From Tubulanus polymorphus (lineage: Eukaryota > Animalia > Nemertea), in assembly GCF_964204645.1 (NCBI RefSeq), contig NC_134027.1, positions 24,886,560 to 24,950,559 of the forward strand: a stretch of 64,000 bases of DNA. The letters run 5' to 3'. A program made the translations under genes and the position numbers. Under the pieces are notes generated by a model. The model worked only from the letters and a program-made list of their open reading frames with translations. It was not told where the DNA came from and did not search any database. Shown one piece after another: positions 24,953 to 38,700 of the stretch; position 1 is the first letter of the stretch, and the number at the start of each line of letters is the position of its first letter.

Positions 24953-26660
24953 CACAAACTATTTTCGAGTCCAAATTTGTATTTGCAAATCAATTTACTA
25001 TAAGTTTTAAAAGTCCTTTGGATTATTTGTAAGCACCATGATCATTCCAACTTTCTCGGCGAATCTGACTGTTAAAAGTCTTTGTTGAGTAGTAATAACG
25101 TTTGGCTGTGAGCCTAAAACATGTTCTAGGCAGCATATTATACAGATCGCTGATTTCTTTTAGAATCTGCACATTTTTAGCTGCAATAATGATATAATAA
25201 TATAGTTCATAACCTATCCAAGACTTTATTTCCAATCGATTCAAGCACCTTTATTCTAACCCTAACATCAATCTATATAAAAAATTTCACTTGTATTGCT
25301 ATATAACCTCGATTCTATTAACATTTAATAAATCCTAGTATAGGTGGAACTCATTTATAAGTTAGTGCTCTATTCAGTAACAAACATTTCTCGGGGAAGT
25401 TTTCATCAGCATCAGGCGCAGAAGGTCTTGTCAAATATGTTTAAAAAAATAGGTTAACTGATTGTGGCTAATTCGGGGTTCACGAAAGGAATAAAAGAAT
25501 AACTTGAAAACTTAAAGATTTAGTAGTTCAACTGTATGGAAAGAATACTCGTACAGAAATACACCTGAAAAACTAACTCGATTTACTTACATAATGAAAG
25601 TGCAAATACTTTTTGAGCATTATTAAACTTGGTTTTGTTAAATCGTTGATTTTTGTAAACTTATGACGCCAATAAACACGACTGAATGCATGTGAAAATT
25701 TCTGTTCTTAATATCTATTTTTTCAAATGTTTTTTTTTCTCTAATGACACGCAATAACAGCGACTCAAAAACCCATAATTAACCGGATTGAACATCACAA
25801 TCGATGATACGTCGACCAACGCAGACAATGAGGCCTGTGGCAGTCGAGGATTCCGCTTGTGGCAAGCGAGGATCCACCGGATTCAGCAGTAGTCTACTTT
25901 CAGAAACGACGCTCGAATTTCTCCAAAATCTATCTTTATCTCCTCAACTTATACGAATGGTAGATAAAAATCGCGCTATATAAAAATCAATCTATCTGAG
26001 TTTATCACGAGACTTGATTAGCTCTATTTCTGATGCGGGAGGTTAAAAAAGAGTACTCTACGTTCGACTGTGGCAATCGAGGATTCTACTTGTGGCAAGC
26101 GAGGATCCACCAGGTTTGCTAGTGTGCACTCAGACAACAACTCCCCAATTCCTTCTCTGATTCAATTAAAGTCTATCCATAATTTCTCAAATTCTTTGAA
26201 TGGTGATTAGTAAAATTCACCTTATGAACCTAAAGACCGTCTGAGGAGTGATATTGCCTAATTTCTGATGAGGGAGGCTAGCAATCTAGATGAAAGTCAT
26301 ATAGTGGGCTAGCTGGTGGCACGGAGTCCTCATTAGACTGCAAGCACTAAAATCCATCCGAGTTGTCGTATTGATGCGCACGCCATCTAGCCGGATATCT
26401 AGCGGCACGACACCGTCCTCATCGAATGAGGAACGATCAACCGAATTTGTGTAAACGGCGCATCGACAGGCTCGCGCAGTGTCGACAGTTCTAGCCTTAT
26501 ATGTAAAAACATGAAACGAAAGGGAAACAATAAAACTAACTAGAAGATCATTAACGCCTTGAAAACTAATAAAGATATTGCTTAGTATTGTCGACAATGA
26601 GTGACATACAGGTTTTTCCAGTCCTCAATGATGTACTTTTATCAGCAAGTAAATTCTGGA

Positions 26661-27333
26661 CGTATCGGCCCCACCGCTGCTTCGCGTAAATCCCGCGCGG
26701 TGGCGCCACCGCGCGGGATTTACGCGAAGCAGCAGAACACAAACACGGCCACTCTCTCAATTTTCAATGATAGAAATCGTGTGTGCATTTCAATTATTTC
26801 GGCTTTTAAGGTTTTAAGGCACAATATCAGTTGATGATGTGATATGGCGATGTTAATTAATGATAATTCCGCAGTGAAGCTAGTCACGAACGGTGCCGAT
26901 TGAGTGTATAGCTGCCAAAAACACTGAAATGTGCGTAGTTGCGTAACTATTTGCAGTGAATTGCAGACGAAACATGAAGCCTTAACGGCCGTTTGAAAAA
27001 AAATTATACCAATCGCAATTGTAAAATAAAAATGAGATAGAACCTAAGTTAAAATTCTGGCCATTTCTAAAATGTTATTAATTATTATTACTAATTTTTA
27101 GTCAGTGCGGAACGTTTAGTTTTCCAACAATAATGAGGGGTGGTAGGTAGTCATGCAATTCAAGTCATCATTTATTACACGTTACTACCGTGTTGTTGAA
27201 AATCTCGCGAGGCCTGGATCAAACCCCATTGAACAATGTGATCTGTGTGCTGGCCACAAATGCACACAGATCACACTACAATACCCACAGCTTTCATATA
27301 TCCATCCAAATATTTAGTGGCTTTCTTCCTGGA
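26661..27333. mobile_element. ~670-bp insertion present in this unit only, containing a 58-bp perfect palindrome
   Basis: The paralogous site at ~42695 reads aaattCTGGAtgtctata uninterrupted; here CTGGA flanks both ends of the extra sequence. Confidence 0.6.
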
Positions 27334-27770
27334 TGTCTATAATGACGTGTAATCCTAATAGTTTAGTTTATCAGTGTCTCCTTGATATGTATAGGGATGA
27401 CAGCAATAATAACTGTAATTTTATAACGGGCATTAAGACTTTACTCACTCATCTGAATTTGAATAACCTGTTGGGAAATCTAGGTGCCTGTAGCAATCCT
27501 GAATATATTTTAAGTAGCATCATATCCAAATTACAAGACAATTTAATTCATTTTTGGAGTGAACAAGCCGCAAGTCAGAGCAAATTATCTAGAATTTTAG
27601 TATTAGAAGTGCAAATGCCAAACTCCGTACCTCATCTCACCGACTTATGATATAAAAAGGCAGACACCTGGGATTGAGTAGAGAAAACAGGCTTTGTGAT
27701 ACGTGTAACGGTGTCGAAGATGAGCTGCACTTCAACGTGTAGTAAATTCAACAATCTTAGGAAGAAATTT
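27333..27770 (+). mobile_element. Degenerate 3' ORF2 fragment of a non-LTR retrotransposon (LINE)
   Basis: NSLVYQCLLDMY..IKTLL..W..SKL followed by a frameshifted RLCDTCNGVEDELHF Cys/His motif typical of LINE ORF2 C-termini. Confidence 0.7.
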
Positions 27771-28259
27771 AATTTGGTAAATGTTGGTGTAAATGATGTA
27801 AATGAAATTCTATATATCGCGATATGTCGACATAAATATGGCGACTTGTCGAGTTGGAACGCGACAACTGGAGGCACAATGAAAATGCAGATTGTCGATG
27901 ATAAAATAATATTGAACAAATTCTGGGGTGCTTTAAAGAATTTACGAATTTTTCTCGCTAAGTCATCTTGCGGACATTATTTAGTTGCTAATTCTATATC
28001 AGCTGCAATCATTTTATCAAAATGTATTAATCACATGGTTCTATCTTATCCAATACTAAATTTTGAAAATATTTATACATTTTTGTTCGAACCCTAACCT
28101 ACCAATTTAGATTGATATTGTATTGCTCTATATAACCTCGACATTGATTGACACCAGGAAGAAAAATTTGCTATGACTCAAATAGATAGCTCAATAAGTT
28201 CTAAAAGCTTCCTGATATATTGTATCCAGCAGCATCGAAATGTAAAATCTACCGTAGAT

Positions 28260-29127
28260 ATGTCAATAAACAAAAGGAGTCGGGTAAGAGAAGCTTTTTT
28301 ATCACGTGTATTAATCTGGGCCAGTTACAGTAGTAAATCATGACCGGGACCAGGCGCGGATCCAAAGGGCTCAGCTACCGAAACAATTTTTATTTTTTCT
28401 TGAGGAGTTTACTCAAGACAAAGCGGGCGAACGGTACTACATAATCGGTACAATATCATCTTATGTTTGGCCAAACAATATGCCGTATAGGCCCGCTATT
28501 ATAAGAGATTTTAGTCGGCAGTTTAACATTAACATTTTTATGATCCCCCTCCTGGAAAAAATCCTGGATCCGCGCCTGGGGACTGGTCCTGTAATTTACA
28601 AAGAGTATTTTACATAAGTGTATATTTAAAAAGTAAGCTAACATATCATCTTAAGTTAATTGATGATGATGTATTTTTTCGGTCAATCATTCACTTTCTG
28701 ATAAAGTTGTATCAAGCTCTATTTTCAAACCAGTTCAATGAGCAGTGATTTGCTGTTTTTTTTGTGTTCATCCAGGTTATTGGTATTTCGGTAGTGTTGA
28801 TATCGGTCATATTCTATTTAGCTGATCACACTGTTATCGGTGCGTATTAAACCATGTAAACTGGAATTAACTATGAAAGATTTGAAATCTACGTTCTTAG
28901 TTGATTACTCATCATCAACAATGAGCTACTCAGAAAAGTCGATGTTCATTCTATCTAGTAAACGCAGTTTTTCAATTATTTCACTGACTTTTAAACGTGG
29001 GGCCTTTTTGATCTAGGATAAAACTATTTTCATATTGCGTTAACTTTCCGTCCGTTTTCCGTCCGTAGACGCAATCCGGTATATTTTGAAAGTGCATGTT
29101 ATAGATATATGTTAATATATAAATATA

Positions 29128-29170
<43 letters not shown>

Positions 29171-32100
29171 TTTCATCCTGGTTGTGTTGAGATAATTTCA
29201 TGTCCATAAAACAATCGTTTTGAAATTTCGTAGAAATGAGTCATTCTGTTGGCAAACAGTTTAGTTGAAATTACCAAATAAGGTAAAAATCTAGGTATCG
29301 TCCTCAACGCGGATGACAAATTGAATTGATATGAATAGGCCCGAACGTTCGAAAGTAAAAACAGAGCTTGGCAGAGTTTGTGGAAGAGCTTCAATAGAGC
29401 TTTAACTGGCTTATTAAATGATTATATCTTAATCAAGCTGTTATCATAGTTTACTTTGATTGCATTTTGTGTGTTAAGGGTTGACTGTGAGCATATTATT
29501 TTCTTTATTGCATTTCTCTTTTTTTCTTTTCTCTTTTGAGGGACCTGTTTTATACAAACTATTCCTTAGTTTCTACAGGCCCCTCCAGGTCTAATTTACT
29601 GTATTTTGTATTATGCTTTGTACACTATGCTGTAAATTATATTTGAAAAATAAAGTGTTCAAATCAAAAAACAGAGCTTTAGCAGAGCTATGAAGAATTT
29701 TGAATGTTAGATGAGAGTTCAGAATAAGCTCTCCGGTGGAGAATTTAAATAGATTGTTAGCTCCAGTTGAAAGAAAGATGCTGAAACATTAAGCGATACT
29801 GATATATCCTAAATGCTGACTTGTCCTTGGATTGTATACTTTATTGGTTGGATCATTCGTGCATCGAAATGTAGCGATGTTGAAGACGCTTCAGTGTTGA
29901 AGACGCTTCTACGGATTGTCTGTATCCTTTTTTGTGCCTGAGGTCTATTTTTGGCCTGAGTTTCGAGACCTGTAGCTTTCTAAGGGTTTGCCATGTTTCA
30001 TTAAAATTCGCAATGGTTATTATACTTATCAGATATTATCAGACATAAATAGTTTCAACGCGCAAAAACAAATCTCACCGCGTGCAAAAACGCTCAATAA
30101 ATAATGCGCAAAAACGGTGTAATTTGTGTCGAGGAGCCCAAATCGTCCACCCATAACATTGCGTGAAATCTGAATCGACTAAACTAAATGATTATTTGAG
30201 ACGATTTGAAAATGACTGCTCCATTTCATTTTGCCTTAATTCAAACAGAGGATTATACATTGACTATTTAGACCTAGTGCTTGCAATTATCAGGAGTCCG
30301 ACATTGCATAGATCCCCGTCGGATTACAGGGGATGAATGGTATAAATCATGTATGAAATACATGATTATATTTATGTTAACTATCATAAATGATAGTTAT
30401 CGACACAAAAACGCTAAGGGAACATGAATTGTTATTTTTTCATTGTAGAGTTTAATCTCAACTATTCTATTGGGTCCAGATATTTTAGAAGAACAGTGTT
30501 GCCATTGTTTTCATCATAATCATCATGTTTACGACTTTCAGAGCAGTTCATATTCACTCAGATTTATTCATGATTATACAAATCTTTGCCAGTTTTTTCC
30601 GACGAAAAGAACACGGTGATTAATCTAAATCAACCACTTACGTAAAATCGTTTCGTGTCTTGTTTAGGACAGCAGCAGAACTGTATAGACGCAGCGAATA
30701 CGAAACACACGACAGTTATAACACCAGCAGTCGTAAAACTAGGTGGCACCACTGTCGTCCAATGTCAGGTTTCACCACCCGGTAGAAATTTCTGCGGTTT
30801 CAGAATAACATTGAGTGGCCCTTCAGTGCAGTTTGCGTTTGATAAAACATACTGTCCTCGGGGAACTATCAGTGAATCCCGGTACACTGGACAATGTGAC
30901 GTCACAGTTGGACGTTATGGTATACGAATCGAGAGTGTACAGATGACTGATGCTGGAAGATGGCGATGTAACTACATGAGCTCTTACCCAAATAGTAGAA
31001 CAGTACTTACTGTAATAGGTGAGAATGAAAAGCAATTGAATAAAACTGAAATGTTTCCAAAAACGATTGAGTTGGCTGGGAGAATGTTGCTATTGTTGTC
31101 GTTATAATCATGTTTACGACTCTCATGACAGTTCTTCAACATTTATTCATGATTATGCCAATTTAATTTTCTTAATCATTGAATCTTTTTTGAATACCGT
31201 ATTGTATACTGAAGAAAAATGTGCTATTTCTACTTTCACATTTACACAGTACCACCCAGTGGACCAGTTCTAACATCTCAACCAAACACCGCCATCAACA
31301 ACATCGTCACCGTACAGGAGAATTCACCATTAACAATCACATGTGACGGTTCACAGTCTGGAGCTACAGGACTGACGTATAAATGGAGTGGTGTCAATCT
31401 ACCAGGACAGTCTAATAATAGACTCAGTTTTACACGAATCAGTAAAACTGATTCAGGTGTTTATACATGTAAAGCATCGAATACAGCAGGAACAGTTACT
31501 GGTAGTATTACTATCAATGTTCTATGTAAGTATCAGTTAATTAGTTAAAAATCTTCATAAGCCTAGTTTAGTTCTAGAACTGTCCAACACACGCGACCCA
31601 AGAAACACAGAAGACAAAATTGTGTTTCCAAGCTTTTTCCAACGCCGCGTGTCGTTTACGAGAATAAGCCGTTTTTGATCCATCCAGTTCGATTCTGTGT
31701 TTACATGTGTTATGTACGTTGGTCATTGACCATAATGTCATGCGAAATTTTATCTGGGTCCAGTTTCAAACAAGGGCCCACTCTTATACCGACCTATCAA
31801 CTGCAAAGTTTATGAAATCAAAGAGCCTGGCATGAGACTAAATAGGAAATAAGGTGGAATTTTCTTTCGAACAGCAAAATATAAAGATATGCATGTATAA
31901 TATGATTGTTCTTGAAGTGGTGCGCTACATGAAATAATAAATCTTTATAATTATTTAAATATACAAGTGATCCAGTGTCTACCCTTTCGTTTGACAAAAG
32001 AAAATTCGTATGTAGAACTGAAATTCGAATTTTCAAAATATGTGCGCAAGGCTAGAACTGTGGCGTTCAAAATGATCACGGAAACATGCTTCATAATCAA

Positions 32101-33846
32101 CGTTAATCACCACTAGTTATTCAAACGTAATTTAACAACAATATTCCCACATATATTTCATTCCTCGATTGCAAAAGATGCACCGACGGTCTCCGCGCAA
32201 GTCGAATCCGTAGCAGCAAAATTGGGAGAAACCGCTAAATTCACGATAAACTACGACGCGAATCCATCAGATGGGATAACACTTAGTTGTGTTAAGAATG
32301 AAACAAACGGAAAAACATCCTCGTTCAGATTGACTGATGTTGCTGGTAAAACTCAATTGAGCGCCACTATTCGATCAGTCCAGGCGTCTGACTACGGAAC
32401 TCATTCGTGTCAACTCAAAAATTCGATTGGTAGCGCATTTATAGCCCTGCAAGTTAAAGAAGCTGGTAAGTTAATGAATAATTACGTACATTCATTTACC
32501 AGTTAACCATATTTGGCATCTTAATTTGCTTCCATCTACAGATGCTACTACCACAGGTTGCGGACTATCGACTCGTGGTCTACTGGGAGGTATCGCGGCC
32601 TCACTGGTCGTCATCATCGTTCTCGTTGTTGCTGTCGTGATTCTATTTCTGAAAATACGCAAGAACAATTCGAAAAGGTAGGACAAAAATTTCATCTCAC
32701 CAATATATTTCAAGAAATATACGCCCTGTATTATACCGACCTTTTCCCGACGTATTTCATTCTGATCTGTTCATTTTTCCAGTTCTGTTGCTACAAAGAC
32801 AAACATTAGAAGCAAGAGTAAGGCAACGACAAGAGGTATATTTATATTTATGTTTAAATTTATAACTTACTACCCCCTACCTCCCTACCTCCACTCAGAA
32901 TAGTGTCAACTCGGAATATAAGACTTATGAATTGAGAATTTTTAAATAAGTGATTACATGCAAAACTAGGTTCTTGGTTAAATTTGACTTATTAGTTAGA
33001 TTAATTTTCACTGTTTGAACCACAAATGTCAAATAGTATCTTTACATGGTATGATACAAAGAACGTGCTGAGAAACCAAGTCACCAGAACATTCCAAGAA
33101 TCAACGATGATGAAATTTATAATAGATCTATCTTGTATTTCAAATTAGATTATGTAATAAAGAAATTTACAAGGTTTTATATCGATTTTACAATAAAGAG
33201 CCATAATGAGGTGCAGTAATCTTACGTTGGATTCGTCAGTTTTTGCGAACTATGTCTAATTCAAGCAATCAGAGACAGTTTGATATACGATAAAGGTGCG
33301 TCATCTTTACTTCTAAGTCGAATATATTCTGTTAACTTTTGGTTTTTCAGCTCGAAAAGATGAAGCCGAAATGTCTACGAGAAAACAGCGGTCTTCCGTT
33401 AAAACGAATGAACCTATTTACGGAAATCGCGAGGTGCGTTATCCGCCCCGAACACAAATGTCAGTTTTCGAGTTCAACTAAATCTGGGCTGGATGCTTAC
33501 TGTGTTTAAAGAAATGCTAGATAAGTCTGTATCTCTTCTTAGTTAGGCCACACTTATTTTTTCAATCGAATTTTAGGCCTACCCGGATCAAATCTAATCG
33601 TTTAAGCGTCTTAGTAGATATAACAGATTTTATTATAACTCTAATGTCATAATTTGTGCGCATCCACAGTTCAGAGATCATCACCGTATCCACAACTTTC
33701 GCAAAAAATACTGTCCTCCATCGTCAAATCTACTGATTTTCTTTTTCACGATCAATGGACATTTATCTATTATTTTACAGATGAACAACGTCGCCAGAAA
33801 CACGTCCGCGTTCAGAGACGTCGGCGAGGAATATGAGGAAATCTAG
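28260..33846 (+). CDS. IgSF receptor gene 5 (type C): signal peptide-V-Ig2-Ig3-TM-tail, ~446 aa, 9 exons
   Basis: Exons 28260-28283 (MSINKRSR), 28776-28839, 30668-31018 (V), 31250-31525 (Ig2), 32178-32465 (Ig3), 32542-32677 (TM GLLGGIAASLVVIIVLVVAVVILFL-KIRK), 32783-32835, 33351-33433 (NEPIYGNRE), 33781-33846 (..DVGEEYEEI*). Confidence 0.9.
28351..28578. mobile_element. MITE in intron 1 of type C genes (second copy at 43723-43949)
   Basis: Terminal inverted repeats caggcgcggatcca...tggatccgcgcctg flanked by a duplicated GGGAC. Confidence 0.7.
29133..29166. repeat. (AT)n microsatellite
   Basis: Short (TA)n run; the paralogous run in gene 7 is about 200 bp. Confidence 0.9.
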
Positions 33847-35733
33847 CACAAACAATTTTTCGAGTCCAAATTTGTATTTGCAAATCAATTTACTATAAGT
33901 TTAAAAAGTCCTTTGGATAATTTGTAAGCATAATGATCATTCCAACTTTCTCGGCGAATCTGACTGTAAAAAGTATTCGTTGCGTAGTAATAACGTTTGG
34001 CTGTGAGCCTAAAACATGTTCTAGGCAGCATATTATACAGATCGCTGATTTCTTTTAGAATCTGCACATTTTTAGCTGCAATAATGATATAATAATGTAG
34101 TTCATAACCTATCCTAGACTTTATTTTCAATCGATTCAAGCACCTTTATTCTAACCCTAACATCAATCTATTTTAAAAAATTTCACTTGTATTGCTATAT
34201 AACCTCGATTCTATTAACATTTTATAAATCCTAGTATAGGTGGAACTCATTTATAAGTTAGTGCTCTATTCAGTAACTAACATTTCTCGGGGAAGTTTTC
34301 ATCAGCATCAGGCGCAGAAGGTCTTGTCAAATATGTTTTAAAAAATAGGTTAACTGATTGTGGGTTAATCCGGGGTTCACGAAAGGAATAAAAGAATAAC
34401 TTGAAAACTGAACGATTTAGTAGTTCAACTGTATGGAAAGAATACTCGTACAGAAATACACCTGAAAAACTGACTCGATTTACTTACATAATGAAAGTGC
34501 AAATACTTTTTGAGCATTATTAAACTTGGTTTTGTTAAATCGTTGATTTTTGTAAACTTGACGCCAATAAACACGAATGAATGCATGTGAAAATTTTTGT
34601 TCTTAATATTTATTTTTTCAAATGTTTTTTTTCTCTAATGACACGCAATAACAGCGACTCAAAAACCCATAATTAACCGGATTGAACATCACAATCGATG
34701 ATACGTCGACCAACGCAGACAATGAGGCCTGTGGCAGTCGAGGATTCCGCTTGTGGCAAGCGAGGATCCACCGGATTCAGCAGTAGTCTACTTTCAGAAA
34801 CGACGTTCGAATTGAATTTCTCTAAAATCTATCTTTATCTTCTCAACTTATACGAATGGTAGATAAAAGCCGCACTATATATATGAAAAATGAAACATCA
34901 ATCTTAGTTGACAGTAGCGGAGCTGTCCGGATCACCAGATGCCAAACAGAAAAGAACGATAAACTCCGGTATCAAATCAAGCATATCCTTTATTCCACGG
35001 TTATCAACAAATAAATTCCAGCAATATTCGTTCACAAAATATATCGCGCGCACACTGAGAGTTCGGCAGGAATATAAACTACGGGCAAACGAATAAAGAT
35101 GAAATATGCGGGAAGAGAAAAGAACCTGAAATATAAGTAAAAATGTGAGATTAGTGTACCGCTGGTAAAACCGGTAGAGGCAATGTTCCAGAAACGCCAG
35201 AATTAATGTAATTGACTGACACCACCGTAAAATACAAATAATCAATAATAATTAATATCCCCTTAATCAAAGTAAACCCACCATAGCGAAATTGATATAA
35301 AAGTTAAAAAAAGCGATGGGAAGAGACTCGGTTCCCACGCGTCTGCTTCTAGATAGTTCTCATAACGATGTGCCGAATAAGACAACTCATCCCGGAAGGG
35401 ATGTTTTCTCAATTGCTAGGACCCCCACACCTCCACGAGTCTTACCACGAACCTGCGATCCTAGTCACGTAGGCAAGTTGCACCGGTAAACCAGGATGGG
35501 CAGCAATCAGGACATTGGGGTACGATAACCACACTCAAACGTGGTGAACTTTTATCTTTTTAATCTGGACATTGTTTGTTTTAACCATTGTATATATCAG
35601 GAACATTTGCTGTGACTGCAATGGGTATTCCCTGGATGTGATAACTGAATATATTGACGCCACAAGTACAAGTTCTGAAAGAGGTTTTATAAACTGTATC
35701 GATGCAGGGTCAAAATATAAATCTACCGAAGAA

Positions 35734-38700
35734 ATGGCAATAAACAAAAGGAGTCGGGTAAGAGAAACATGAAGATCAGGGTCAGGCTGCTCAATTTACA
35801 ACAAATGAGACTATATTCAAAAATAGAAAACCAACTTGACAGTTTAGTGATAGAAGTTCATTTTTTCGATCAAGTAATTTTTTTGCCTCAGTTTCTAATA
35901 AAGAAGCTGTTGTTCGAATTTTAGAGTGATCAAGCTTTATTTTCAAACCAGTTCAATGAACAGCAATAAAACTAGGTGTTGTTTTTGTTCATCCAGGTTA
36001 TTGGTATTTCGGTAGTGTTGATATCGGTCATATTCTATTTAGCTGATCACACTGTTATCGGTGCGTATTAAACCATGTAAACTGGAATTAAATAAACAAG
36101 ATTTGTTGTATGTTCATTACCTATCAGTGAGCTACTCAGAAATGTCCATGTTCATTCCATCTAGTAAACGCGGTTTTCGATCATCTCAATGATTTGTTAA
36201 CGTAAGGCCTTTGTGATCTGGGATAAAATTGTTCTCATATCGCGTTCACTTTTCGTCCGTCCAATCGTTCCGTTCGTCTTTCCGCAAACGGAATCCAGTA
36301 TTTTTCTGGAAATTTCTACCCTAGTCACAGTCATCTACGGCCCAAAAACTGGCCCTGTTAGAACTAAGATGGCCGACTGGTGGCCATTGTTGCTCGCCGA
36401 AATCAGCACTTTTTACACACTTTTGAAGTTTTCAACGGGAACTTTGAATTGTTTTAAATTTTCTTGATCTTTCATATATATTTGTATGCCCAAGGGCCCA
36501 TCAGCATAAGATGAAATCGATCGTACCCAGGACGGCTGTGCTGTGACCGTTTTGTGCCCAAAATTTCGTGTTAGGCATGAATTGCGAGACCTGTAGCTTC
36601 CTACTGGTTTGCCATTTTTCACCAAATTCATTTCATCTTAGATTTCAAAACGATGAGTCAGTTTTATATTGATCATATATCTAATAGCTCTGGCCGGGTG
36701 GTGAAATGGGTAGAAAAATAACGAGCCCAAAGAAGAAAGACTATGTAATAAATGTAACGCAAGACGCCTTGGTGATGAACGACATTTTCTCCTGACATCA
36801 GGGGCAGATCCAGGATTCTAGGAAAGAGGGGGCGCCCATCTCAATAATATCCTCACCTGCGGAAGCGCGAAGCGCGCTCAGCTCCGTTACAAGCGCAGGA
36901 ACGAACAGGGAGGGCCAAATTCGGTTTTCGTACCTAGTCGACTAGTGGTCGGAACTAATAACCGAATGCGCTTGATTTTCGAACTAGTTCCGGAATATAG
37001 TTCTGACTAACTGACATTCGGTTTCGTTTAGTTCGACTAAAGTCGACAAACTCAGATAACCGAAGGTGGTCGAGAGAGCGCGACGGGGATTCGCCGCAGG
37101 TTGGAACTTTTCGAAATTTCTGCTTCTCAGACTCATTCTGAGACAATCTGAAGACCCAAAATTCAAATAATATGTCTTAATTTAAACTTGACCGTTGACC
37201 GTTTTCTCTTTTAAATCATTCATATAAGTGATAAACGCCGGCGCCCCCTCCCCATGGATCTGTCACTGGGAATGCAACTTTCTAACGACCAATAGAAACC
37301 AACTGATTCCCTCTATATTTAGGAAAATCCGAACAAACTTTTTAGTGTAAAACAGAAAAAGAACACTAATTTGAATTCTGTGCCCGCGTCTAGTGGAAAA
37401 CCCGTGTAAACCGTGTCCCTAATGCAGCCGTCAATGAAATGGATTTAACCCCCAGCTCATCCACTCGACGATCTTTCGACCGATTCGATGTCTATTCGAT
37501 GTGCTGGCAGCATGAAAATATGTGAAAATCGATTTTCTTGCGAATGCGCAGGAAAGGAATTTTATCTTCTTTCGAATGGACGGTGGTTTCGTATAACTGA
37601 AATTCGAAACACAGTCGAATCCCAGACGGAAGAAAACTCCTTTTGTAAAACTCCGAATGCGAACACAAAATTATAGCACGTGCATCACAAACGGCCGTGT
37701 TCCAGACGTTCGGGCGGGCCATGTTTTAGTGGCTATGCTGCAGCCGTGTCTAAGATGATACTCAATGTTTGTACAAATGAATTACTTAAACATTGAATAC
37801 CGGTATTCAATATGGTAGACTCAGAGTTTACCGGTTTAAAAAGCGTGTGAAAATCAATGTAGCAAAACATCAATGTAGCGAAAAACATTTCGTTCAAAGG
37901 AAAAAAACATTTATTTCTCACCATGACACCCATCCGGGGCTCCGTATTACGATGAAATGAAATGAATGAAATTTAAATTAACTACAAAATATAGGATAAT
38001 GCATGTCGTTTATTCTGTTATTTTAATGTTTAGGACAGCAGCAGAACTGTATAGACGCAGCAGATACGACAATCACGACAGTTGTAACACCGGCAGTTGT
38101 AAAACTAGGTGGCACTACTGTCGTACAATGCCAGGTATCACCTCCCAGTAGAAAATTCTGCGGTCTCAGAATAGCATTGAGTAGCCCTTCAGTGCAGTTC
38201 GCGTTTGAAAAGACAAACTGTCCTCGTGGAGCTATCACAAATCCAAGATACACTGGACAATGTGACGTCAAAGCTGGGCGTTATAGTATGCGAATCACTA
38301 ATGTACAGATGTCTGATGCTGGAAGATGGTCATGTAACTATATGAACTCTTTCCCAAATAGTGGAGCAGTACTTGCTGTAGAAGGTGAGAATGAAAAGCA
38401 ATTGAGTAAAACTAAAATGTTTCCAAAAACGATTGAGTTGTCCGGGAGAATGTTGCTAATTGTTGTCGTTATAATTATGTTTACGACTCTCATGACAGTT
38501 CTTCAACATATATTCATGATTATGCTAATTGTTGCCAGTGTTGTTCTGACTATGAGATTGATACCGGTTACCCATATCTGATCTGAGTCTTTTTTAAATA
38601 CTGTTTTGTCTACTAAAGAAAATTGTGTTATTTCTAACAGCACTTCCGAGTGGACCGGTTCTAACATCTGAACCAACCACCGCCATTAACAACATCGTTA

